From assembly GCA_049517655.1 (NCBI GenBank), contig JBEKRQ010000002.1, positions 193,059 to 257,058 of the forward strand: 64,000 nt of DNA, given 5' to 3'. Below, piece by piece: positions 35,793 to 44,312 of the stretch. The translations under genes were made by a program, and so were the position numbers. Position 1 is the stretch's first letter; every line of letters begins with the position of its first letter. The notes beneath the pieces are model-generated. The model did no database searches. It had not been told where the DNA came from and saw only the letters and a list, made by a program, of their open reading frames with translations. Source of the DNA: Verrucomicrobiota bacterium (GTDB lineage: Bacteria; Verrucomicrobiota; Verrucomicrobiia; Limisphaerales; UBA11358).

Positions 35793-36602
35793 TTATTTCT
35801 TTATCCACTCGACGATTTCCTTCGCAATGTCGTCCGTTGACTTGTCCTTCACGATTTTGGTTTCGCGCAACTGTTTCGGCAGCGAAACAGCCGCGAAGCT
35901 CAAGCCTTCGCCGGCCAGTTTCACCGGTTTGGCTTTTTGCAACGCCGGCATCACGGTGCGCATGTTGACCATGCCGACTTGCGGATTGTTCTTCGGCTCC
36001 GGCAAATTGCCCGTCGCCCAGCCGAGCAATGCGGGCGCGCCGGCGCATTTCGAAACCTGCTGTTTGCCGCCTTCAATGCGCTCCAAAATTTCAAATGAAC
36101 CGTCAGTGTTCACTTTCAACTCGTCCACGCCCTGGAACTGGTCGGTGATGCCGAGGCGTTCGCCGATAATTTGCATGGTCGCGCCTGCGCCACGCGACGC
36201 GGATTCCCAGCCGCCGAAAACGAGGAGTTTCGATTTATCGAGGCCGGGAATGGCGGCAATGGCATCGGCAAGCGCAGCGGCGGTTTCACCGGCATCGGTA
36301 AAACCACTGGCCGAACCGTCCAGTGCAATCAACTCAAACGGCACTTTTTGCGCGACGGTCATCATGACCTGCTGAAGCTTGGCCTTGGGACCGAGGCTGA
36401 CGAGCCAGACTTTGCTGCCCGGCGCGTTCTTCGCCAGATTGGCGGCTTCATAAAGCGCGTGGCTCGCCCACGGGTCGAGGACCGCGGGCAACATCATTTC
36501 ATTTTTCAACGCGGGACCAGTCGGGCCGGTTACCGGCTCCAAAGTTTGGAGCGGGTCTGGCACGATGCCGGCGCAAATGATGATTTGATAGGATTGATTC
36601 AT
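35793..36602 (-). CDS. electron transfer flavoprotein beta-subunit-like protein (FixA/EtfB)
   Basis: IIICAGIVPDP...LDPWASHALYEAANL...VWLVSLGPK...LLVFGGWESASRGAGATMQIIGERLG follows the EtfB pattern. Start at ATG 36602 (the track start is TTG). Confidence 0.75.
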   Translation of the reverse strand: MNQSYQIIICAGIVPDPLQTLEPVTGPTGPALKNEMMLPAVLDPWASHALYEAANLAKNAPGSKVWLVSLGPKAKLQQVMMTVAQKVPFELIALDGSASGFTDAGETAAALADAIAAIPGLDKSKLLVFGGWESASRGAGATMQIIGERLGITDQFQGVDELKVNTDGSFEILERIEGGKQQVSKCAGAPALLGWATGNLPEPKNNPQVGMVNMRTVMPALQKAKPVKLAGEGLSFAAVSLPKQLRETKIVKDKSTDDIAKEIVEWIKK

Positions 36603-36718
36603 AAATTCAAATAGCCGCAAAAATGCGCAGAAGACGCAAAAGAAGTCAAATGCCAGTAACGCTGTGGTGCATGTTTTGGTCTTTTTGTGCCTCTTTGCGG
36701 CAACGGATCTTCACATTT

Positions 36719-37903
36719 TTACTTCAACTTGCCAGTGAACCGCTTCAGACGCACCATGGCTTCCTTGAGATTTTCCATGTTCGTTGCGTAGGCGCAACGG
36801 ATGAAGCCTTCGCCACAGTCGCCGAAGGCCGTTCCCGGCACCGCCGCGACTTTTTCCTCTTCGAGGAATTTCATGGCGAAGTCCTTCGATTTCAGACCGA
36901 ATTTGGCCACGCTCGGAAAGGCGTAAAACGCGCCGAGTGGGCGATGACATTCGATGCCCATCTCTGCAAAAGATGACGCAATGAAATTCCGCCGGCGCCG
37001 ATATTCATTGACCATCTCGCCGATGTCCGAATCCGGGCGGGCGAGCGCTTCAATGGCGGCTTTCTGCCCCATAGAAGAAGCGCAAAGCATCGTGTATTGA
37101 TGAATCTTCATCATCGCCTCGATGAGTTCGGACGGGCCGCAGGCGTAACCGAGGCGGTAACCGGTCATTGCCCATGCCTTCGAAAAACCGTGCAGGAAAA
37201 TCGTGCGGTCGCGCATACCCGGCAGACTTATAATGCTCGTGTGCGGCGAATCGTAGGTCAGCTCGCCGTAAATGTCGTCTGTGATGACAATGAGGTCGCG
37301 CTCGCGGGCAAACTTAGCGATGTCCTCCAAATCCTGACGCCCCATGATGGCGCCGGTCGGATTATTCGGAAAATTCAGCATCAACACCCTGGTCTTGGGC
37401 GTGACCTTTGCCTCCAGCATCTTGCGTGTGAGGCGGAAGCCATTCTCCGGCTTCGTCTCCACCGCAATTGGAACCCCGTGCGCGAACAAAATTGTCGCCC
37501 GATACGACACGTAACACGGTTCGTGGTAAAGCACTTCGTCGCCGGGCGTGATGAGCGCGCGCAGGGCGAGATCCAGTGCCTCACTCACGCCAACGGTGAT
37601 AAGGATTTCGTTCTCCGGGTTGTATTCGGCGCCGAACTTTTTGCCGACGTATTTGGCCAGCGCCTTGCGAAGCTCGAGATAACCGAGATTACTGGTGTAA
37701 TGCGTCACGCCGCGTTCGAGGGCGAACATCGTGGATTCGCGCACGTGCCAGGGCGTGTCAAAGTCCGGTTCACCGATGCCCAGACTGATCACATCCTTCA
37801 TCGTGCTGACGATATCGAAGAAGTCGCGGATGCCCGAGCGCGGGATATCGCGCACCGTCGCATTGATGCGGTTACGGAACGATACTGAGTCTTTCTTCTG
37901 CAT
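36719..37903 (-). CDS. class I/II PLP aminotransferase (aspartate/aromatic type)
   Basis: IPRSGIRDFFD, LGIGEPDFDTP, NFPNNPTGA, SFSKAWAMTGYRLGY (PLP Lys), RCAYA. Confidence 0.9.
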   Translation of the reverse strand: MQKKDSVSFRNRINATVRDIPRSGIRDFFDIVSTMKDVISLGIGEPDFDTPWHVRESTMFALERGVTHYTSNLGYLELRKALAKYVGKKFGAEYNPENEILITVGVSEALDLALRALITPGDEVLYHEPCYVSYRATILFAHGVPIAVETKPENGFRLTRKMLEAKVTPKTRVLMLNFPNNPTGAIMGRQDLEDIAKFARERDLIVITDDIYGELTYDSPHTSIISLPGMRDRTIFLHGFSKAWAMTGYRLGYACGPSELIEAMMKIHQYTMLCASSMGQKAAIEALARPDSDIGEMVNEYRRRRNFIASSFAEMGIECHRPLGAFYAFPSVAKFGLKSKDFAMKFLEEEKVAAVPGTAFGDCGEGFIRCAYATNMENLKEAMVRLKRFTGKLK

Positions 37904-38351
37904 GGCCGGATTCCATCAATACACCGAGGCGTTTGTAAGTTTTGAGCATGAAATGAGTGGACGTGGACAGCACGCCTTCAAGCGGCGAGAGCCGTTCACT
38001 GACGAACGCCGCCACCTCGCGCAGGTTATGGCCCTCGACAAACAACAGCACGTCGTAGGTGCCGCTCATGAGATAGGACGAGCGCACCTCGGGAAAACGG
38101 CTGATGCGGTCGGCAATGGTGTTGAACCCGCCCTGGCGCTGCGGTGTTATTTTGACCTCGATAACGGCGGTGACCGTGTCGAGGTTAAGTTTGTCCTCGT
38201 CCAATACGGCCTGATAACCGCGGATGACACCGCTCTTCTCGTATTTAGCGATGCGCTTGTTCACCTCCGCGACGGAGAGATTCAGCATCTTGGCGATGGT
38301 TTCCCGCGATTCAATCGCGTTGGCCTGCAAAATTTTCAACAGTTCATCCAT
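37872..38351 (-). CDS. Lrp/AsnC-family transcriptional regulator
   Basis: HTH (ILQANAIESRETIAKMLNLSVAEVNKRIAKYEKSGVIRGY) plus a RAM domain. Overlaps the aminotransferase start by 32 nt. Confidence 0.85.
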   Translation of the reverse strand: MDELLKILQANAIESRETIAKMLNLSVAEVNKRIAKYEKSGVIRGYQAVLDEDKLNLDTVTAVIEVKITPQRQGGFNTIADRISRFPEVRSSYLMSGTYDVLLFVEGHNLREVAAFVSERLSPLEGVLSTSTHFMLKTYKRLGVLMESGHAEERLSIVP

Positions 38352-38762
38352 AATTCACCTCAAGTTAACGTATAGTGTGCAACGTAGCAGTGAATCAAGG
38401 GTTTCGTCGAGCAGGAAGAGATGCGAACTAATGCCTCGCCCATGTATGGCATTTCCCGATTGCTGCTGTGAAACAGTTAACCGAAAATCCGTGCATGAGG
38501 AAGGCAGGCACCGTGCTCCGACGTGAAATTGGCGACAACTGCCCGGCGAAACAAAGCGGGTGGAATACAAGACTTCACTGGACGAACAAAGCGTGAAGCG
38601 GCAATTGAAGACGACCAGCCTGATAGACAGTTACCAGTGATGCAGGAGCATTTCGAGTGAGGAAACCCAAACGCGCCAGCAGCACAGAAACTGTTAATTA
38701 TCGGGACTGACTCCTTTACTTACTGACCCCTTTATTTACTTTATTTACGCACTGGTAGAACA

Positions 38763-39956
38763 ATGAAACGCCTCGATTTCTTTTTATGCTATTTCGAGAC
38801 GACCCGGCAATGTGATCAGGGTTGCCACAATTGCATGACCGAGTCGGCGATGTCACCTGCCAGGGCGGAGCTCTCCACGGACGAAGCCAAGCGCTTGGTG
38901 CTGGATGAGTTGAAGGTCGTCTGCCCCAAAGGCGCGGTCTCTTTTTCCGGTGGTGAGATCCTACAAAGAGCCGATCATTTGGAGCTCATCGCGCACAACG
39001 CCAAAAACGGCCTTTACACTTTTGTAAACACCAGCGGCAGCAACCTCGATTCGGCCAAACTCAAGCAGCTCAAAAGCGCGGCTGCCGGCCGCCTGACCAT
39101 GGGCTTTTCCCTGGACTCCGTAGATGAGGATATCCAGAAAAAAAGCCGCTCCGGCGGCCGGGAATGTCTCGAGCGCCTTCTGAAGATCTGCGACGAGAAC
39201 AAGGTCCCATATTTCGTGCTGGTTACGGTTTCCAAGCAAAACCTCGAATCGCTGAAGGCCACCATGGATTGGTTGTACTCGAAAAAAATCGCGGTAATCC
39301 GCTCACCCTTCATGCCGCGCGGCGCCGCGGCCAAGGCCCGGCATTTGTGCTTTGACCGGAACGACATGGAAAAAACGATTCATCCGGCCCTGCGGGATAA
39401 TCCTCTCAGTTATGTCAGTTATACGCCGTTTTTCGCCGCGCCGAATGCGACCCACCTGACTCTGGGCGGCCACGGGCTCATTCTGGGTAACCTTGGCTGC
39501 CAAGCCGGCCGTACCTTCATCGGCATTAACGCGGAAGGCGACGTGGCTCCTTGCGTGCACCTGCTGGATACCCCGGTCTGCTGCGGCAATGTGCGCGAGC
39601 AACCCCTCTCCAAAATCCTCGCCGAGTCCGAGGTCATGCGCACCCTGCGTGGCGAGCGCCCGGTCAAAGGCAAGTGCGGGCGCTGCCGCTATGGCGATTC
39701 CTGCCGCGGCTGCCGTTCCCTGGCGCATCACCTCACCGGCGACTATCTGGCCGAAGACTCGTCCTGCTTTTTCGACCCAAAGAGTATCGAGACCCGCAGC
39801 CCTTATGAAGACATTCAGACAGCCAACGCCCGCGTCTTTATGAATCACCTGGTACAGAACCCTCCCTGGAGTGACATCTTCGGCGCCCGGGGCCGGCTGG
39901 GCGTTACCCTGCTCAACCTCAAAGCCAGACTCAACGCTCTCTTTGGGAACCGTTGA
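38763..39956 (+). CDS. radical SAM protein with C-terminal SPASM-like Cys cluster
   Basis: CDQGCHNC (CX3CX2C) near the N-terminus. C-terminal PCVHLL...CCGN...GKCGRCRYGDSCRGCRSLA...DSSCFFDP resembles AhbD/NirJ/PqqE-type SPASM domains. Confidence 0.75.
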   Translation: MKRLDFFLCYFETTRQCDQGCHNCMTESAMSPARAELSTDEAKRLVLDELKVVCPKGAVSFSGGEILQRADHLELIAHNAKNGLYTFVNTSGSNLDSAKLKQLKSAAAGRLTMGFSLDSVDEDIQKKSRSGGRECLERLLKICDENKVPYFVLVTVSKQNLESLKATMDWLYSKKIAVIRSPFMPRGAAAKARHLCFDRNDMEKTIHPALRDNPLSYVSYTPFFAAPNATHLTLGGHGLILGNLGCQAGRTFIGINAEGDVAPCVHLLDTPVCCGNVREQPLSKILAESEVMRTLRGERPVKGKCGRCRYGDSCRGCRSLAHHLTGDYLAEDSSCFFDPKSIETRSPYEDIQTANARVFMNHLVQNPPWSDIFGARGRLGVTLLNLKARLNALFGNR

Positions 39957-39958
39957 AT

Positions 39959-41248
39959 ATGAGGATTCTGCTGGTTAAACCCAGATGGTTCGTTAAAGAC
40001 GGAGTCTATCGTTTCCTCACCCATGTTAGCTTCCAACCCTTGCATCTGGGCATTCTGGCCGCGCTGTCACCGGGACACGACTTAAAGGTGATTGACCAGG
40101 ATTGGGATGAAGTCCCTTTTGACGAGGACTTCGACCTGGTCGGTCTTACCGCCACCACGTTCTCCTCGCAAAGAGCCTTTGACATCGCCGACGTGTTTCG
40201 AAACAAAGGCGTCAAGGTGGTTATCGGCGGTGTACATGCATGCCTGATGCAGGAAGAATGTTTGCAGCACGCCGACGCGATCGTCATCGGCGAGGCGGAA
40301 TACGTGTGGCCCCAGGTGCTCAAGGATGCCGCCGCCGGCACCCTCAAGAAGACTTACCAGCAGGACAAGCCCACGGATATGGATGACGTGCCCATCCCGC
40401 GGCGCGACCTGCTCAGGCACGACCCCCTGGTCGGGATGATACAAGCCACCCGCGGCTGCAATCGCGCCTGCAAGTTCTGCTACCTGCCAAGCGTACCCTG
40501 GCACTTGCACCGCCGCCGCTCGCCGGACAAGGTCTATGCAGAGATGAAAGGCATGAAACAAAACGTCGTCTTTTTTGTGGATGACAACCTGTTCGTGGAC
40601 GAGGAATACGCCATCGCCTTGTGCGAGAAGATCGCGCCTTTGAAAAAAGCCTGGTCTGTGCAGGCGCCCACCACCATTACCAAGAACCTCAGGCTGCTCA
40701 AGGCCATGCAAAAGTCCGGCTGCTTTTTTGTGCAGGTGGGTTTTCAGGCCGTGCATCCGGACTCATTGCAGCGTGCCGGCGTGGTGCAGAACAAAATTGA
40801 GAACTATCAGGAGGTCGTGCGGCGTTTTCACGACCACGGCATCCTGGTGCAGGGATTCTTCATCTTCGGCTTTGACAACGAGGATCAGCGCATCTTCAAG
40901 ACCGCGGAAACCTACATCAAGCAGATGGGGATTGAAGACGCCTTGCTCTACATCCTGACGCCCTACCCCGGTACGCCAATCTACGATCAGCTGAAGCGCG
41001 AGGGACGCCTTTTGTCCCATGAACGTGAAAAATACGGCTGGGCCAACGCGGTGTTCATGCCGGCCAAAATGACGGCCCGGGAGCTGGAACAAGGCGTGCA
41101 GGAGACCTACGAAAACCTCTTTACCTTTTTCAAGCGGCGGGCGCCAAAGCAGATCTTGAAGTGGCTGCCTTTCTTCATCCGCCATCCCCGTGTGCTCATG
41201 ATCGCGTGGCAGGCCCTGCACCGCAGAGTCAAGATCGTTAAGGCTTAA
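39959..41248 (+). CDS. B12-binding-domain radical SAM protein (class B)
   Basis: N-terminal Rossmann-like cobalamin-binding region (ILLVKP...DLVGLTATTFSSQRAFDIADVFRNKGVKVVIGGVH), then ATRGCNRACKFC (CX3CX2C). Start at ATG 39959, 3 nt after the previous stop. Confidence 0.8.
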   Translation: MRILLVKPRWFVKDGVYRFLTHVSFQPLHLGILAALSPGHDLKVIDQDWDEVPFDEDFDLVGLTATTFSSQRAFDIADVFRNKGVKVVIGGVHACLMQEECLQHADAIVIGEAEYVWPQVLKDAAAGTLKKTYQQDKPTDMDDVPIPRRDLLRHDPLVGMIQATRGCNRACKFCYLPSVPWHLHRRRSPDKVYAEMKGMKQNVVFFVDDNLFVDEEYAIALCEKIAPLKKAWSVQAPTTITKNLRLLKAMQKSGCFFVQVGFQAVHPDSLQRAGVVQNKIENYQEVVRRFHDHGILVQGFFIFGFDNEDQRIFKTAETYIKQMGIEDALLYILTPYPGTPIYDQLKREGRLLSHEREKYGWANAVFMPAKMTARELEQGVQETYENLFTFFKRRAPKQILKWLPFFIRHPRVLMIAWQALHRRVKIVKA

Positions 41249-41283
41249 CCAACGTGGATTCAACCGGCGGCAAGTGGGGTATC

Positions 41284-42371
41284 TCACTTGCCGACCAACG
41301 ATGCAATCGCTTCCATCCGCTCGCGGATCGGCAGATGTTGAGTGGCAGCGGTCTTCGCAGTCGCCGCATTGGATGCAGGCTGCGGCCGCGTCGGGGGCCA
41401 GTGACCAGTGCCATTTCAGACGCTCTTTGATGGCGTCGTCACTGCCATCGAGGATCTTCATGTTGTACGCATCCATGAGCTTGGGAATCTCCACGTCCAA
41501 CGCGCATGGCAGGCAATAGCCACATCCGGTGCAGAGCCCCTCGAAGCTGGCGGTGAGGTGCGACTTTACCTTCTCGATGTGCTCGGCTGAATGGGGCTTG
41601 AAGTTTTCGATGGCCGCCACAGCCTGATCCACTTCGGCCTTGGAAGCGAAGCCCACCAGTGCCGCGGTGATGGCCGGGTGCGACACATTAAAGCGAAGGG
41701 CCGCCTGAACCACGTTCTTGTCTTCCGGTCCCTTGAGAAACGCCAGCCGGTCGGGGTTTCGCGGAATCATACCGCCGCACAGAGGGTTCATTGTCACCAA
41801 GCCGACGTTACATTTCGCCGCAGCCTCCACTCCCTTGGTGCGGAATGGAAAATTGAGAACGTTGTAACCCAGAGTCACGCCCTCGAAATAGCCGGAGTCC
41901 AGCACGGTCGCAATATCCTCACCTTTCAGGTGCGTGGACACCACCAGATGTTTGATCAAGTCCTTCCTCCTTCGCTTTCAGGGCGGCAGGCACGGCTCCC
42001 TTGGCGATGCGCTCCGGCAACTGGTTCGGGAACATCAGGCACCAGATGTGGAAGAAATCGATCTGCTCGACATTCAGCCGCTTCAGGGAGCATTCCAGGC
42101 TGCTGCGCAGTTCCGCGCCATCGGCCGCCGCGCATTTCGTGGAGACATAAAACGAGTCGCGCGGCAGTTGCTTGATCGCGGCTCCCGTGATTTCCTCGCT
42201 CTTGTCGTCGCAGTAAAAGGGTGCGGTATCGAAATAGTTAATCCCCTTGGAGTGAGCGTAGGTGACCAGCTCGGCGGAACCATCAATGTCATTCGGCTTG
42301 GGAAACCGCATGCCGCCAAATCCAATCACCGAAATGTCTTTGCCTGTCTTGCCGTAAGTCTTTTTCCACAT
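41284..42371 (-). pseudogene. aldo/keto reductase with C-terminal 4Fe-4S domain, interrupted by two 1-nt frameshifts
   Basis: ORF 41919..42371 (GKTGKDISVIGFGGMRF...YFDTAPFY...) continues in another frame as LIKHLVVSTHL... (shift near 41960). After CIQCGDCEDRC the expected ...TQHLPIRERMEAIASLVGK-stop is in a third frame (shift near 41344), ending at 41284. Confidence 0.6.
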
Positions 42372-42447
42372 GGTTGACAGAGGATTGTTGGTTAAGGATC
42401 AGTTAACAGCATCGTGATATTCCCAAGCCCGTTCGATTCATAAACGA

Positions 42448-44274
42448 CTAGTTCTCCGCCGAGTGCAATCCACCTGTTCCGGCCTGGAAGTTGATATTGG
42501 TGCGTTCGGGATTTTCCGGCAACGGTTGCGAGCAATTCCACAGGCACGCGCCGCAGTGGACGCATTTTTCGCGGTCGAATGACGGCACGCCACCTTCGCC
42601 CGGCGTGATGGCCTGGCCGCTGCACAGTTCGATGCAAATCTTCGTGCCGCATTTCTCGCACAGTTCCGGGTAAAGAAAAACAACATGGTCTTCGTAACCG
42701 GGCGGGGCTTGCACTTTGCCGCCCATGAGCAACGCGTCCTGGTGTGACACCAACAGCTTCCCGTCGTAGGGAATCGCCGGCCAGTCGCACCGTTGCATAA
42801 GCACATCGTGCAGTGACACGCCTTTGATCTGACATTCCTTGCGCAACCGCTCGATTTCACCAGCGGGGATTCTGCCGCGATAGTATTCTTCAACGCTCGG
42901 AATGCGTTTCCACGGCGGCACAGGATCGCCGCCCAACGTAAACCTGCCATTGGTCAACCCAGCGAGGGCCATGCCGATCATGCCGCGCACGATGCCCTTC
43001 TGGAATCCGTCTCGGGATTTTTCGGCCACAACGGCTTCCCGATCCATCCAACTGGCACGGCGGCGCTTCACATAGGTCTCTTCAAGGTTTTGTTTTGTAA
43101 ACGGTTTCTTCGCCTTGAGCAATTCGAGCACGGCTTCGGCAAGTTGTGTGCCGGTGGCCCAAGCTTCGTCCACGCCGGAACCGGTCAGGACATTCGTGCT
43201 GCCGCTGCCTTCGCCAATGCGCGCGTAACCGTCGCCGGCAAGATACGGTTCGCCGCGACGGCCGGATTCGCCAAGCGTTTTTGCGCCCCACGAACGCAGT
43301 TTTGAGCCTTTGAGATAACGCCAGAGATACGGATGCAACATCCAACGCTGGAGGTAGCGATAAGCCGTGCGCACCGGGCTGTCGAACCACGACGGCACGA
43401 AAATGCCGAGCGACGCCACGTGGTTGGGATGCACATAAAGAAAACCGAAAATCTCCGGCTCGGGATAACCGAATGTGTGCAGCACAGTGCCGGGTTTCAG
43501 TGGCGTGTCGGCGGGTAAATCCACCACAAACTTCATGCCTACTGCCCAATCGCGTGTGTGATGTCCATTCGGCAGACCGAAATGCGCGTTCAATTGCTGG
43601 CCGATGGGACCGACCGGGCCGTCGCCGACGACCGTGAGCGCGGCGCGAATGTCCATGCCGGGCGTAAAACCGTCAGACGGCTGGCCTTTCCTGTCCACGC
43701 CCTGGTCAAGCAGACGCACGCCGACGACTTTGTTCTCTTCGATGAGCGCCTCCGACACCGGCGTACCGGGCCAGATTTGGACTGTGCCAGTACTTTGCAC
43801 CCGCGCGCCGACCCATTGCATGAACTGGCCCATCGAGAGCACCATGCCCCCGCGTTTATGGAGGAAGGCCGGAGTCCATGGCAGATTCATTGCATGCTGC
43901 TCGAATGGCAGCACGAACCTGAACGCCCGGATGAATGAATCGGCGAGACGGAGCATCGCCGAACGCCGGCTCGCACCGTGCGGGTCGAGCAGATAAAGTA
44001 CTTTTTCCTGACCGACGGGCGCGGCCATCGGGATGCCGGCCTTTTCGATTTCTGGAAAACTTGTCCGCAACGCACGCGCACGTGTCACGACACCGGAAAC
44101 ACCAAATCCGATGTCATCCGCGCGTTCATAACACAATACTTGCGGCGGCATCCCGGGCGCGGCGGCGCTCTCGACGGCAGGCGAACCGTCGGCGTTGACG
44201 AGTTTCTTGGACAACGTGGTAAGAAATCCCGCCGTCGCCGGGCCAAACCCGACGCATACGATGTCCGCGTCCAT
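42448..44274 (-). CDS. electron transfer flavoprotein-quinone oxidoreductase (FixC-FixX-type fusion)
   Basis: DADIVCVGFGPATAGFL dinucleotide fold. C-terminal ferredoxin-like part (CEKCGTKICIELC...CVHCGACLWNC). Start at ATG 44274 (the track start is TTG). Confidence 0.82.
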   Translation of the reverse strand: MDADIVCVGFGPATAGFLTTLSKKLVNADGSPAVESAAAPGMPPQVLCYERADDIGFGVSGVVTRARALRTSFPEIEKAGIPMAAPVGQEKVLYLLDPHGASRRSAMLRLADSFIRAFRFVLPFEQHAMNLPWTPAFLHKRGGMVLSMGQFMQWVGARVQSTGTVQIWPGTPVSEALIEENKVVGVRLLDQGVDRKGQPSDGFTPGMDIRAALTVVGDGPVGPIGQQLNAHFGLPNGHHTRDWAVGMKFVVDLPADTPLKPGTVLHTFGYPEPEIFGFLYVHPNHVASLGIFVPSWFDSPVRTAYRYLQRWMLHPYLWRYLKGSKLRSWGAKTLGESGRRGEPYLAGDGYARIGEGSGSTNVLTGSGVDEAWATGTQLAEAVLELLKAKKPFTKQNLEETYVKRRRASWMDREAVVAEKSRDGFQKGIVRGMIGMALAGLTNGRFTLGGDPVPPWKRIPSVEEYYRGRIPAGEIERLRKECQIKGVSLHDVLMQRCDWPAIPYDGKLLVSHQDALLMGGKVQAPPGYEDHVVFLYPELCEKCGTKICIELCSGQAITPGEGGVPSFDREKCVHCGACLWNCSQPLPENPERTNINFQAGTGGLHSAEN

Positions 44275-44312
44275 GCGTTGACGGTCAATCGAAGCCAATC
44301 ATTCCTCCATGG

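Noticed and set aside
38431-38526. 31-aa Cys-rich ORF (MPRPCMAFPDCCCETVNRKSVHEEGRHRAPT) as a possible RiPP precursor for the SPASM rSAM
   Set aside because: It has no convincing RBS. The Cys cluster is N-terminal rather than in a C-terminal core. It lies 237 nt from the rSAM start and is in the tail of an antisense-type ORF. There is not enough support.
40763-41283. Downstream part of ORF 40763..41959
   Set aside because: It runs about 490 nt antisense through the B12-rSAM gene. The expected AKR C-terminus (TQHLPIRERMEAIASLVGK-stop) is found in another frame ending at 41284, so the extension is a frameshift read-through.
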